Assembly: GCF_006345805.1 (NCBI RefSeq)
Contig: NC_043005.1
Location: forward strand, 84,878,001-84,942,000
DNA length: 64,000 nt
Source: Octopus sinensis
Lineage: Eukaryota
Direction of reading: 5' to 3'
The position numbers and the translations under genes were made by a program. Below are positions 24,758 through 39,152 of this stretch, one piece after another; positions within the stretch are counted from its first letter, which is position 1; every line of letters starts with the position of its first letter. A model generated the notes under the pieces. That model was not told where the DNA came from, did no database searches, and was given only the letters and a program-made list of their open reading frames with translations.

Positions 24758-25158
24758 GTGCAGGAGTGGCTGTGTGGTCAGTAGTTTGCCTTACCAACCA
24801 CATGGTTCCAGGTTCAGTCCCACTGCGTGGCATCATGGGCAAGTGTCTTCTACTATAGCCTCGGGCCGACGAAAGCAGTGTGAGATGGAAACTGAAAGAA
24901 GCCCATTGTATATATGTATATATATATATATATATATATGTATATGTATATATATATATGTGTGTGTGTGGTTGTCCTCCCAACATCGCTTGACAACTGA
25001 TGCTGGTGTGTTTACATCCCCTGTAACTTAGCGGTTCAGCAAAAAGGGACCGACAGAATAAGTACTAGGCTTACAAAGAATAAGTCCTGGGGTCGATTTG
25101 TTCGGCTAAAGGTGGTGCTCCAGCATGGCCACAGTCAAATGACTGAAACAAGTAAAAA
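24758..25158 (+). mobile_element. Family-A SINE, full length
   Basis: Direct match to 7843-8220. Confidence 0.85.
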
Positions 25159-25211
25159 GTTTTAAAAAATAAGTATAAGAAAACATAACAAATTTTTTAA
25201 AAAACCATTTA

Positions 25212-25295
25212 AAGCCAACAATTTGTTTCGACTTATATGCATTAGTTGATTTCTAAAAAATTCCTATTTATGTATACAAGCCTCTTCAAGGCCTA
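25212..25295 (-). ncRNA. Hammerhead-like motif with C3U substitution
   Basis: Minus strand: aggcc TTGAAGA ggcttgtat [loop] atataagtc GAAA C aaatt GT T^ ggctt. Stem II is 9 bp including G-U pairs and stem I is 5 bp. Confidence 0.55.
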
Positions 25296-26395
25296 GGTTC
25301 AAAAAGACAGACAAAATTCCATGGAATTTTATCTGTCTTGGTGCACATTGTAATGCTTGTTAATGCCGTGAGAGCACATGATACTGAGAAAGGCATGGCT
25401 ATGTGGTTAGAAAGCTTCCTTTGCAGCCACTTGGTTTTGGGTTCAGTCCCACTCTTAGGAAACTTGTGCAACTGTCTTGCGGTATATTTTGCCAGGAATT
25501 GGTCAGCCCTAGATCTCTGGGCTGAGCAATTCCTTGTGAGTAAATTTGGGTGCAGGCTATCATATATAAATGTGTGTATGGTTGTGTGTGTCCTTTTGTT
25601 TGTCCCCACCACTAACCAGTGCTGGTTTGTTTATGTCCCCATAATTTTGTAGAATTGGCTGCAAAAATTTGAAATAAAATGTTAGCTGACTATTATTAAA
25701 AGTAGACATGGTTGGGTGGTTGAGAAGCTTACTTCCAACCATGTGGTCTTGGGTTCAGTTCTGCTGCACAGCACCTTGGGCCAGTGTTTTCTACTATAGC
25801 CCCAAATGGACACAAAACCTTGTGAGTGGATTTCATAGATGGCAACTGAAAGAAGCCCTTGATATATATATGTGCGTATATACGTTTGTGTGTCCCTATG
25901 TCTAAATATGATATGATAGTTGTAAATGAGTATCACCATCATACAAGCGAGGTTGTTTGTTTCCAGTCTTCCATGAAAAATATGTCTGGCTACGGGTAAA
26001 TATTACTTTGTTTAGAAATAGGTGAGAGCTGACAGGATGAAGGACATCCTGCTGTCGAGAATTCACCTCAATAATTTCTGTCCAACCTATGTAAATATGA
26101 TAAGATAGACATTAAAATGAGCCCTCACACACGATTTTTACAAGGCAAACGTTCACTTCAAAGTTACATCTTGCCGTCATTAATGTAAAATTGTTTTTAT
26201 ATCTAACTTTGACAAAAATGTAAGTGTTAATATATATATGTGTGTGTGTTGTGTGTGTGTGTGTGTGAGTGTGCATGCACATATGTATGAATATATATAT
26301 ATGTAGGGAGAGTTTATGAAAAATACAAAAGACAAAGACAGGTGCTGTACAAAACAAATAGATGTATTAGTATAACGCTCAGGAATAGAAAGAGT

Positions 26396-26455
<60 letters not shown>

Positions 26456-27194
26456 TTACATAGATATCTGTATGTGTATGTGTGTGTGTGTATTTATATA
26501 TACACATACATGCATATATATATATATATCTATATATATATGTACATAGATATGTGTGCGTGTGTGCATGCATATATATATATATATATTGATAGATAGA
26601 TAGGTAGATAGATATAATTTCCAAATATCAAGAATTACATTAATACATTCTCCAGTAATGGCTTTTCAATATAAAATTGGAATACAATTTATAACTGATT
26701 AAGGAAAAATAAATAAATGAAAGCCTAATAACAAAACAAAAAGATGATACAAAAAAAACAAAATGCAAAGTAAAAAAAAAACAACAAACCAATAAACCAG
26801 AAACAGATAAAAATATAAACGAACAAAGAGATGGAACGCAGAATATCGAAGAATTAGTTTGAACTGTTAACAAAATTTATAATGTTCGAAGCCAGAATAT
26901 TTTATTTGATTGCATTTTATTTTGTCAGAAATTATAGAAATATAAGGATAAGTGTAAGAAAAAAAAATAATGGAATTTTAATATATTAATACTGCAAAGA
27001 TAAGTGTGACGAGGGTTGAGAAGTAAAAAAAATATAGGTGAAGAGAATATTGGTGACATTAATCTTTGAGGAACTCCTAAGATATGATTTGATCTTTTTT
27101 ATATATACACATATGTTTCTGTATCCATATAATTATATGTATCTATGTTATATATATATACACACACACACACGGTATTTTATATATATATATA

Positions 27195-27245
<51 letters not shown>

Positions 27246-28239
27246 AATAGGTTACATAAAAAATGTTTTTCCCATGTTGAAATGTAATGAAAATTATAAA
27301 AGGAAGGAAACTGCACAGATATTTTACATTGGACAAAAAAATATATATCTATATATATAATAAAATATTTACATAGTCGACCAGTTTCACTTGTGATAAT
27401 CATGACTACGAAGATGGTGATAACGTTACAATTTCATGCTATCCGCAGAAGTTTTCAATCCATGTTAGTAGTAGATGCATAAAGTAATATACAGAATGGA
27501 AGAAACGCTCCTGTTTTGTAAGGAACCTACTTTGCAGCTTACCTTGTGCCTTCCACAATGATAGTTGAGATGTTGCTGATGTGGATTTCTAAAATCAGCG
27601 AGATGATCATTAGCAATTGTAGTTGGGTACCACTAATTGGCAGTGAACAGAAGTGATAAGTGTGGCATAATCACCATTCTGTATTGCATGAATAATTACA
27701 GGGCAGCTAAAGCAAAGAATATAGCATTGTATAATACAGCAACAAATCATCTGGTAGGTGGGCATTGGCTGGTGATCTCACTCAGCAATTATAATGAACA
27801 TGCCATTGGTTTGCTTGCAAATTTTGCTTGAAAATCAATCATTTAGCATGTACTTGTTGGGCACTGCCTGAATGTATAGATGGTACTTTGATAAATATAG
27901 TTTTTTTACTAGATTTACATTTCCAAAAAAAAGGATGCATGTTCCACAATGCATTATCTATCATGCCACAAAATATGGTGTGTGTGTGTGTGAGTGTGTG
28001 TTATCATCATTATCATCATCATTAAGTGGCCATTTTCCATGCTGGCATCGGTTAGATGGTTTGACTGGAACTGGTAAGTCAGAGAGCTGTACCAGGATCC
28101 AGTCTGTTTTGGCATGATTTCTATGGCTGGATGCCTTCCCTAATGGCAAATACTCCAAGAGTGTAATCAGTGCTTTTATGTGCCACTGGCATGAGTGCCA
28201 TTTACACAGCACCAGCAACAACCATAATTATGATTTCAT

Positions 28240-28462
28240 GGAACCTGCACAAAGTAGATGTAGAGGTTTTAAATCAAAACTGGACCTCTTCCTGTCGAGA
28301 GTCCCAGATGAACCTACCTCACGGCAAGAGGTGCAAATGAGGGTAGCTCTATCAAACTCCATTCTTCACCAAGTGCCACATATTAGAGGAGGCTCTTAGT
28401 AATAACAGTGTAGCAAAGTGGCGGTGCATCAGCATGGCCGCAGCTCTGGGCTGAAACTAGAG
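28240..28462 (+). mobile_element. CR1-group LINE 3' end
   Basis: Reads FKSKLDLFLSRVPDEPTSRQEVQMRVALSNSILHQ. The 3'UTR ggcggtgcatcagcatggccgcagctctgggctgaaactag is homologous to the family-A SINE tail. Confidence 0.65.
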
Positions 28463-28507
28463 AGAGAAAAAAAAAAAGACTTCTATAATTATAAGCATAA
28501 TTATAAT

Positions 28508-28705
28508 CAGGGGTCAGCTAATTGCTTTACTTTAATCCCGAATCGCATATGTAGCTAATCTGAGTTGGTGTGGATTCTTTATTTTTTCTTTTGGCCTATG
28601 TAAAAAAAGTATGTTACTGTCTGGGAGATATTTATGGTAGCGGAAAAGGTACTTTTACTCCTATTTCTAAATTCGGTGCATGGCAAAGCAATTAGCTGAC
28701 CTCTG
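28508..28705. mobile_element. hAT-type MITE
   Basis: 21-bp TIRs caggggtcagctaattgcttt / aaagcaattagctgacctctg (20/21). 8-bp TSD attataat at 28500-28507 and 28706-28713. Confidence 0.85.
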
Positions 28706-29892
28706 ATTATAATTATGTTTATAATTATAGAGTATTTGTATAATTTTACCTAAAAAGGTTATTTTAACGTACCGAACTACTTGGTAAAATTATTAATAAT
28801 TAATTAATGAATTAATTAACTTTGCCCTTTTATTATTACTGAAATATATATATATATATGTTTGTTTAACCACAGAGGACTGCACACAGATGGGATAGAT
28901 TACAAAGGAGAGCTTTTCTTTTTGGGGAAAGAAAAAAAGTGGGATAGGTCTTTGATCAAAAGGTATCGTAAAAGGGAAAGAAAAAAGGAAAGAAAAAAAG
29001 AAAAAAAGAAAGGAAAAACGATCAATATATATATATATAATATATATATATATAATATATATATATATATTATATATTTCTTTTTTTCACAATTCCAGAA
29101 ATTTGAAGAAAATCTCCTGTCTAAAGAAACCAGTTTAAGAGAAGCCTTAACCATTGGTCAAGAAATAATTGCCCATTACGATCTTAATTCTCTGTACTCC
29201 TTTACAGTGAAAATTAGTATAAAAATTGCTTTTAAGAAAAACAAAATTTTTTTGATTTTTTTTTCATCCATTTGGCACAAACATTCATGCAACCCTTTGC
29301 TGTCATTTAAGGGTTAAGAGTACACATGACTGTGGAATACTCAGCCAGTTACATGTTTATTCAATAAAACAGTTATTTCAGTTAATTGAACAAGTGAATC
29401 CTCACCAGCAAATGACTGAGATCCTTCTCTCCATTTTATTTCATTTCACATGGTTTCTAGACGTGACCAATTGATATCCTTAGCAGTTAAGAAATCTTCT
29501 TGGCAAACAGCTTACCATTCACATTCTCCTTTCTTCGCAGCAGATCTTTACATTCAACATTCTATATTCCAAACTCCAAACCATTGCTCACAATTTTTCC
29601 TTTTTCTTAAGAATTTCAGATGGAATTTTTCTCCGATTCTTTAAGAATATGTTCCAGGCTTTTTTTTTTGTTGCCATCATATTTTCGTATTTTTCATATT
29701 TTCACTTAACTTACTCTCTGTATTAGCCATAAAAAAAAAAAAAAAACTGAAAAAAAAAAAATTTAAAACACGCCAAAAAACTTCCGTGTTTATTCTGTTC
29801 TTTAGCTTCTTCGCCCTCTATTCTTGAACTTTTCAATTGGTAAATTTCCTGAACTTTCCAAATAATCTTCTTCTTCTTCTTCTTCTTCTTCT

Positions 29893-29977
<85 letters not shown>

Positions 29978-30194
29978 CTTGCCTCTATCTAGCCACATTC
30001 TAAAATGCTATCATTAATTTTCCTGTCGTTCTGTCTAGACTGATTTGTTTATCTGATTTTTTTAGAGGAGGGGGGGATATTATATTAAAGCTTTTGTTTA
30101 TTTTCTTGATAGAGCCAAATATGATACAAGACTAATCTGTTTGTGTGTGCCACAGCATTCCATTCGCAGCATTAATATAATCCTCATTACTGCA

Positions 30195-30211
30195 GTCAAC
30201 ATCATCATCAC

Positions 30212-30267
<56 letters not shown>

Positions 30268-30920
30268 ACATCGTCACCATCATTTTTGTCATCATGTTCA
30301 TTATCTTCATCATCATCATCAATGACGTCATCATCGTCGTCATCATCATCATCATCATCATCACCACCATCATCATCATTGGCATCGTCAACGTCCTTTT
30401 CATCATCACCATCACCATCACCATCACCATCATCATTATCATCGTTGTCATTGTCATCATCATCCTCCTCTTCATTATTGTTGTTGTCATTGCTGTCTTT
30501 ATCATTTATCATTCTGTTGTTGTCATCATGATCGTGTTCATCATCAGCATTGTTGTCATCACTGTTTTTAATCCCCTTCATTATAATGACCCCTCTTTAC
30601 CATTATTTTCATTGTTGTCATCATTATCCTCCTACTCCTCCTCTTCCACATCCTTCTCATTATCGTCACCATTGGCACTACCTCAACTGTCATCATCATC
30701 ATTGTCATTGTCATAATCTCCCTCCTCTCTCCTTCCCTCCTCCTCCTTATCACCATCGGCATCGTCGTCATCATCATCATCATCATCATTGCCTTCATAA
30801 TCATCATCATCGCCATCATGCTCATCACCATCATCATAGTCTTCATAATTATCGTTATCATCATCATCATCATCATCATTGTCATAATCATCATCATCAC
30901 CATCATCATCGCCATCGTCC
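30195..30920. repeat. Compound (ATC)n microsatellite
   Basis: Seen directly. It is the source of the poly-I/H/S/D/M ORFs. Confidence 0.95.
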
Positions 30921-31421
30921 TTGAATGCCTGCTGTAGATGTAATATTCATACATATATATATCAATGAAAATTGTTGAACCCTTCCCAAGTTTTAGGCTC
31001 TGCAATCTTTCGGCTGATATTCCCACGACTAACCTGTTTAGTGGAGACAATCATTTCCCCTGGTTAGTTCTTTGGTAAGCTCATTTTGTGTAGAAATAAG
31101 TTAAAATTGGAGATTATTACTGTCTTACCTCTATCATAACATGGCTGTATTACTTAATGAATGCAGGCTACTCAGCATTTTCAATTGTCAAGGCATTAAC
31201 GAATCCTATTTTATGGGTCAATGGATCTGGATTGTCAGATATTGGTATGGGAAGGGACACTGATTCTTATCATCCTCCCATCTGTTGGCAATGTCACAAC
31301 CCTGCTCCCTTTTTCTATTTATATTCTATTTAAAAATGGAAATTTTCTAGAAAAACCTTTTCTGGCCCCTTCATTGGGAAACAATCTCATCACTCATCTT
31401 ATTCATTATTATGTTGATTAA

Positions 31422-31641
31422 CCCTTTTGCATTCAGATTACTCTATCAAATTTAATTCTTATTTATTCAAATTGGTTTGAATTAATCCTGCTTTATCTCA
31501 TAGCTTTGAGATTTCAATGATATGATTAGTTAGTTTTGAATAATATGGTAGGGTAGGTGCAAAAGGCTGGTTCTGGTCAGCTTGAACATAAAACAGGTAG
31601 AATATTTCGACCAGATATGACCGGTTTAAATGCATAAAGGG
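31422..31641. mobile_element. piggyBac-type MITE, degenerate
   Basis: ttaa|cccttttgcatt ... aatgcataaaggg|ttta: an imperfect TIR with TTAA-like TSD. Confidence 0.6.
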
Positions 31642-33109
31642 TTTATGTGTTTTTTTGTTTTGTAGCTTATATGACACAGCCAAAACATTCCAGATATGGC
31701 ATGACATTCTGTATTATTCCCCAGCTTATAATTTTTGTTTATATTTCTTTCTATTATATTCCAAATATTTCATAGCAAATGATTACATTTCTTCAATAAA
31801 TCTTGCATGTACTTAGCTCTGAATGTTCTGCTCTTTGCACTTAAATAGTTTTTAATGGTGATCATTCAATATTATATTTATGTAATTAATAATTTGTTTC
31901 TAAAATTTCCACTTAACAAATATGATTATAATTTACATTCATTTCATGTTTTCTGACATTGGTTTGCATACTATTGATTATTTGTAATCTACTTGAGATT
32001 CTTTTGCAACAGCGTATGTATATAGATAAGAGATATTCTTAAGAAAAAAAAAACAAACTATTTCTGTATTTTCACTCAGCGGAAAATGTCTTAGGGTATG
32101 TCTTTGTTTTCCTGGTTTCATTAGAATGTTTGTTTATTTGCTTTGCCTTAAACTTCGATTTCATTGAAACCCATTTATTTTAGGGCTTCCTTATAAAATG
32201 GTGTCAGTTAATCATGTATTGTATTATTGGGGGATATTACAGAGATTCTATTACTAATATCGTTGAAAATACAAACTCGTTAACACTTCAAATATGTTTG
32301 AGAGATACTTGAACCTTCAAAAGGCTTTCCAATAAAGTTTTTTTCATGGAGAAAGAATTTCTCACTTAAAACAAAAAAATATTAAACAGCTTAGATGCAT
32401 TCAAACTCTTTAGTTCTCCTCAGCACCAGATACCAGAGAGAGGTATCTCTGACCTGACTACAAAGTGAAGCTTCCTTTACAAGAAATCAATTGAAATTGT
32501 TGACTGATAATGCATATTGACTGACAAGCTGGAAAAAATTCATGAGTAGAATCATGAAGCCGTGACTGAAAGTAAAGATACATAAGAGCAGCTGACCATA
32601 TATTTTTCCGTTTATATGTGTGTCTTTGTGTCTGTGTTTTGTCCTTACCACCACTTGATGACTGGTGTTGGTTTGTTTATATCTCTTTAGCTTAGCAATT
32701 TGGCAAAAGAGACCTATTGCATAAGTACCAGACTTAAAGATAAAAAATAAAAATATACTAGGGTTAATCTGTTTAACTAAAACCTTTCAAGATGATGCCC
32801 CAGAATGGCCACAGTCAAGCTTGCTTCCCAACCACATGGTTCCAGGTTCAGTCTCGCTGCATGGCACCTTGGGCAAGTGTCCCCTCTGTTGCCTTGGGCT
32901 GACCAAAGCCTTGTGAGTGGATTTGGGAGATGGAAACTGAAAAGAAGCCCATTGTAAAAATATATATATGTATACCTGCATATGTGTGTGTCTGTCTGTC
33001 TGTGTTTGTCACCACTCCCACTGTCTGACAACTGGTGTTGGTGTGTTTACATCCCTATAACCTAGCAGTTTGACAAAAGAGACCAAAAGAATAAGTACTA
33101 AGCATGTCA

Positions 33110-33500
33110 TAGCCAATGCCAGTGGCATGTAAAAAGCACTATTAGAACGTGGCCAATACCAGGGCCGCCTGACTGGCTCCTGTGCTGGTGGCACATAAAA
33201 AGCACCATTTGGACATGGCCGATGCCAGTGCCGCCTGACTGGCACCCATGCCACTGGCACATAAAAAGCACCATTCAAACATGGCTGATGCCAATGCCAC
33301 CCTCCTGTGCTGGTGGTACATAAAAAGCACCCTCTACACTCTTCGACTGGTTGGTGTTAGGAAGGGCATCCAGCTGTAGAAACCTTGCCAGATCAGATTG
33401 GAGCCTGGTGCAGCCTCCCAGCTTTCCAGACCTCAGTCCAACCATCTAACTCATGTCAGCATGGAAAGCAGACATTAAACTATGACGACGATGATGATAA
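33110..33500 (+). mobile_element. RTE-tailed SINE-like element, family C, with internal minisatellite
   Basis: Repeated gtggcacataaaaagcaccatt units, then ggaagggcatccagctgtagaaac..catggaaagcagacattaaac and a (GAT)n tail. Confidence 0.7.
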
Positions 33501-34407
33501 TAAATGAAAAATATTTACTCGGTTCAATCCATTCAACTAAAAATTCTTCAAGGCACTGCCCCAGCATGGCCGCAGTCCAATGACTGAAACCAGTAAACGG
33601 TAAAAGACAAATAGTTATAACGGTCTTAGATATTGCAATGATGAATTTGAAAGTGGCAGAACAAAAAAGAAAACCATCTCAACCACCAAAAAGATCCAAA
33701 CAACATTTGTAGAGCATTCAGGATGACAGAGAATGTTAAGTTCTGTTTTGTAAATATGAAATATTATATACAATAATGACCAACATAACAAGGTTCCTGT
33801 AATTTGATTCACTTGTTTACGACCAGAAATAATCCATGCATGAAATTATGAATGAAATAACTACCGAAATGATGAACTTCAAATTATATTAGAGGCTCTG
33901 AGCAACGATTTAATATATAAAACACAAGCAGTCACTTATAAGCACATATCTGTAAATTGTTAGTTGACCGAGATTGCGAATACGCTACTGAGAACATATA
34001 CAGACACACGTCACACATGTATGTTTATGTATATATGTATGTATGTATATATGTATATATGCGTGTGTATGTGTATATGTGTGGACTAATGCATGTGTGT
34101 ATGTATGTATGTATGTATGTATGCATGTATGTATGTATGTATGTATATATGTATATATGTATGTATGTATGTATGCATGTGTATGTGTATATGTGTGGAC
34201 TAATGCATGTGTGTATATATGTATGTATGCATATATGTATGTGTGCATGTTTGTGTATGTATATCTGGACTAGTGTATGTATGTATCTGTCTATTTATCT
34301 ATCTATGTCTGTCTATCTACCTACCTACCCACCTACCTACTTACCTACCTACCTACCTACCTACCTACCTACCTACCTATCTAGCTATCTATCTATGTAT
34401 ATATCTG

Positions 34408-34485
<78 letters not shown>

Positions 34486-34866
34486 CTTATCTATCTCTAT
34501 CTATCTATCAATCTGTCTATCTAACTGTCTGCCTGTCTATCTATCAATCTCTTTATGTATCTGCCTGTCAACTTTTTATCTATCTATCTATCTAGTTCTC
34601 TCTCTCCCTCTCCCCCCTCTCCCCCTCCCCCCCTCTCCATCTATCCAATACTTGGCATCATTTCTTCCAAGTTAATTTCAGGAAAAATTTCGCCACAATA
34701 GATCTATTCTGTGCATATTTATAGATTCTCATGTACAATAAAAACAACACACATTCTACATTGATATATATTAAAATAAACATGAATTGAAAATTACACA
34801 AAAAAATTAATTAATATTTTGTAAACCGAATATACTAAACGACAGCAAAGGATGTATGTGTACGTT

Positions 34867-34909
<43 letters not shown>

Positions 34910-35649
34910 GTCCTTGTGTGTTCTGCATGAATGAAAATGAAAGTAGAATGGACTGATTTAGTTTTCAGCCTCTTTTGTTCTGTTGGTCTCTATAGAAGAG
35001 TGACACTGCTTTTCGTAATTTCCTCCAACATTTGCATCAGCTTACATTATTATGAATATAGAAGAGATATGTGGTAAGAAGTTTGTTTTCTGACCACATG
35101 GTTCTGGGTTCAGTCCCACTGCATAGCACACTGGGCCAACCAAAGCCTTGGGAGTAGATTTGGTTGACAAAAACCGTCAATATGTGTGTATGTGTGTTTT
35201 TGTCTCCACTACCATTTGACAAACAGTGTTTACATTCCTGTAATTTAGTGGTTCAACAAAAGAGACTGATACCAGGCTTTAAAAAAAAAATCAATCCTGG
35301 GGTCAATTCATTTGACTACAAAAAAAAAAAAATTCACTGAAGCAGTGCTCCGGCATGGCCACAGTCAAATGACTGAAACGTGTCCTCTCTGCTGAGGAGT
35401 TTACAACGTATATGAAACAATGAAATCTCTGTAGCAAGTTTTCTTTAGATAATCATTGTCACATAGGCACAGGAGTGGCTGTGTGGTAAGTAGGTTGTTT
35501 ACCAACCACATGGTCCTGAGTTCAGCCCCACTGTGTGGCACTTTGGACAAGTGTCCTCTACTATAGCCTTGGGCCAACTGAAGCCTTGTGAGTGGATTTG
35601 GTAGGCTGAAACTGAAAGAAACCCATCATATATACATATACATATATAT

Positions 35650-35694
<45 letters not shown>

Positions 35695-36154
35695 ATATAT
35701 ATATAATATATATATATATATTATATATATATATATATAATATATATATATATATAGTTAATCCAAACAAGAAAGCACAAAAAAACACAACAACGTGAGG
35801 ACGTGGAACAAATATAGAATTATTGGACGCCCAGGAAAGAGGGAAAGAAGGAGGGTTTAACGTTAAATTAGAAAATAAATACCTTTTACCAATTCAAAAT
35901 GAAAAATTAAATTATATATTTGGTACATATTTATTATTTTGCACATTACTTAATCATCGTTATATTTTTTATCTTATATTTAATCTTTCTATTATATGTA
36001 ATTTTCTAGATGGTGTAATTTAATTTTTCCTTTTGAATTGATAAAAGGTGGTTTTTTCTAATTTATATATATATATTATATTCTGTAAAATTTGATTTAG
36101 TATTTCTAAATTGCATTTTTTCCCTGTAAGTTTGGAATAATATTCCCTCATATT

Positions 36155-36202
<48 letters not shown>

Positions 36203-37204
36203 ATTTCTTTATTGCCCACAGGGGGCTAAACAAAGATGGGACAAACAAAGGGATTAAGTTGATTACATTGACCCCAGTGTGTAACTGGTACTTGTTTAAT
36301 CGACTCTGAAAGGATGAAAGTCAAAGTCGACCTTGGCAGAATTTGAACTCAGAACATAACAGCAGATGAGCCACTGAGCATTTCGCTCTGTGTGCTAACA
36401 ATTCTGCCAGCTCGCCTTATATATATATATTTATATATATAGCCTGGTGCAGCCATCTGGTTCGCCAGCTCTCAGTCAAAATCGTCCAACCCATGTTAGC
36501 ATGGAAAGCGGACGTCAAACGGTGAAGATGATATATATATATGTTTGTGTGTCTGTATTTGTCCCCTCCACTATTGCTTGACAACTGATGTTTGTGTGTT
36601 TACATCCCTGAAACTTAGCAGTTTGGCAAAAGTCACTGATAGAATAAGTACTAGGCTTACAAGGAATAAATGCTGGAGTCGATTTATTCAACTAAAAGCA
36701 GTGCTCCATCATGGCCACAGTCAAATGACTGAACCAAACAAAAGAGCAGAGTGACATATCTTGTTCCTCGGAGAGTCTATATCTAAAACTATACACATCT
36801 TTACAAAAGTCTGCTGTTGTTAGGATTTATAAGATTAACACCTTCCTCATCTATTTTTAACTCATTCCGTTCACCAATTCCCCCCCCCCCCGCCAACTGC
36901 AACATCTCTTCTGAATTATGAGTAGCCATGTCTTTCCTCTACAGCAAGAAACTTGTTCTGCTTTGGTCCTTCTTTCATGTTTCAGCCCTTCGTCTCCTAG
37001 CATAAAGCCCCCTCTCTTGGAGTCTGTGGTCCTTCTATCTGCATAAGAACTATACTAGTGCTGGTGCCATGAAAACAGCACTCGTTCAAAGCTGTTTGCA
37101 TTAAAAATGGTTTCTAGCCGTAGAAACCATACCAAACTAGACAGTGGACTATTGCAGTCCTTAGACTTCTTTGATCTTGTCAAATCATCCAACTCATGCC
37201 AACA

Positions 37205-37244
37205 CGCATCATCATCATCGTCATCATCATCATCATCAGCATTG

Positions 37245-37284
<40 letters not shown>

Positions 37285-37700
37285 CATCATCATCATCGTC
37301 GTCATCATCATCATCATTGTCATCGTCATCCTCATCATAATCATCGTCATCGTCATCATCATCATCATCATTGTCATCATCATCATCATCATCATCGTCA
37401 TCATCATCATCATCATTCACACCATCATCATCGTCATCATTCTCATCATCATTATTGTCATCATTCTCATCATCATCATCATCATTGTCATCATCATCGT
37501 CATCATCATCATCATCATTGTCATCATCATTATCATCATCGTTATTGTCATCCTCATCGTCATCGTCATCGTCATTGTCATCATCATCATCATCATCACC
37601 ATCACTATCGTCGTCGTCATCATCATCATCATCATCATTATCACTATCCTCGTCATAATCATCATCATCATCATCGTTCTCATTGTTGTCGTCATTTAAC
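37205..37700. repeat. (ATC)n microsatellite (expanded tail of a family-C element)
   Basis: Seen directly. It is followed at ~37695 by tttaacgtctgttttccat, the family-C 3' end in reverse. Confidence 0.9.
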
Positions 37701-38375
37701 GTCTGTTTTCCATACTGGTTTTGTTGGTTGACAGGAGGTGGTGAGCAAGAGAGTTGCGCCAGGCTCCATTTGTCTGTTTTGGCATTGTTTCTTTGGCTGC
37801 ATGTCCTTCCCAATGCCAACCACTTTAACAGAGTGTACTGGGTGATTTCTATGTGGGACCAGCATCATTGCTTTTTACACAGCATTGGCACCAATGCTTT
37901 TTCCATGGCACCGGGACCAATATATTTTATGAGGCACCAGCACTGGTGCTTTTGCATGGCACCATCACTGACAGTATCACTACATACCTTGCATGACAAA
38001 AAAAGGCAAAACCAGGATATTGAATGATCATGAGGGTGTATGTGTGTGTGTGTGCATGTGTGTGTGTGCATGTGTGTGTACACACACACATATATGAATA
38101 TATGTATCTATACTCACATGCATATATCTGTGTGTGTGTTGAGGTTTGTTTCTATGTATATAATTTTACTTACTGAACTAGAAAGAGTGAAGAGTGGAGA
38201 GAAAGTTAAAACCATTTTTAAAAATTGAAATACAAAATACAAACAAAAAAAAATAACTTTTTCTATAAAATAATTGGAATTTGTCTTCATTTTATGATGG
38301 AACCAAATCAAACACACAAAAATAAAAAAAAATTATATATACATATATATATATGTGTGTGTGCACGCATATATA

Positions 38376-38417
<42 letters not shown>

Positions 38418-38504
38418 TATATATATGCACATACATATATATATATATACAATATATATACATACATATATATATACATATATTTATAAAATGGCCTAGT
38501 CATC

Positions 38505-38750
38505 CTTATTGTAAACCAGGTAGTTCATGATGGAGTCATACCCAATGACTGGCGTAGCGGCACCATAGTCAACTGCTACAAGGGTAGGGTAATGCTCTAG
38601 ATAGAAGTAGGTGGCCCTGCTCGATCTGTAGAAAAGATGTAGGTAGAAACTCCATAAGATGTACCCAGTATAATCTATGAACACATGAGCGGTGTAGCAA
38701 CATCAAAGGAAGATGGAGTGTAAGCACCCTGAGAGAAATGTTGGACATAA
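38505..38750 (+). mobile_element. RTE-clade LINE fragments joined by an internal deletion
   Basis: Reads IVNQVVHDGVIPNDWRSGTIVNCYKG (RT N-terminal region, W..+.IV.+YKG), then GRWPCSICRKDVGRNSIRCT (Cys-rich insert). Confidence 0.6.
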
Positions 38751-39036
38751 GAAGCATCAACCGATCGTAGCTGTTGCCAACCTCCTCTGGCCCCTGTGCT
38801 GGTGGCACATAAGAAGCATCCACTACACTCATGGAGTGGTTGGCATTAGGAAGAGCATCCAGCTGTAGAAAGACTGCCAAGTCAGACTGGAGCTGGTGCA
38901 GCCTCCATGGCTTACCAGACACCGGTCGAACAGTCCAACCCATGCTAGCATAGAAAACGATGATGATGATGATGATATGAATATAAATATATATATATAT
39001 ATATTAATATATATATATATATACATATATGTATAT

Positions 39037-39100
<64 letters not shown>

Positions 39101-39118
39101 TACATACATGTATATAAA

Positions 39119-39152
<34 letters not shown>

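Noticed and set aside
27543-27632. Possible 90-nt minus-strand exon (AAG|gtaagc donor; WYPTTIANDHLADFRNPHQQHLNYHCGRHK)
   Set aside because: The acceptor is weak, the peptide unrecognised, and there are no supporting exons.
30997-31074. Possible 78-nt plus-strand exon (ttttag|..TTTG|gtaagc; LCNLSADIPTTNLFSGDNHFPWLVL)
   Set aside because: No recognisable homology and no compatible partner exons. Such splice-like pairs arise by chance in 64 kb.
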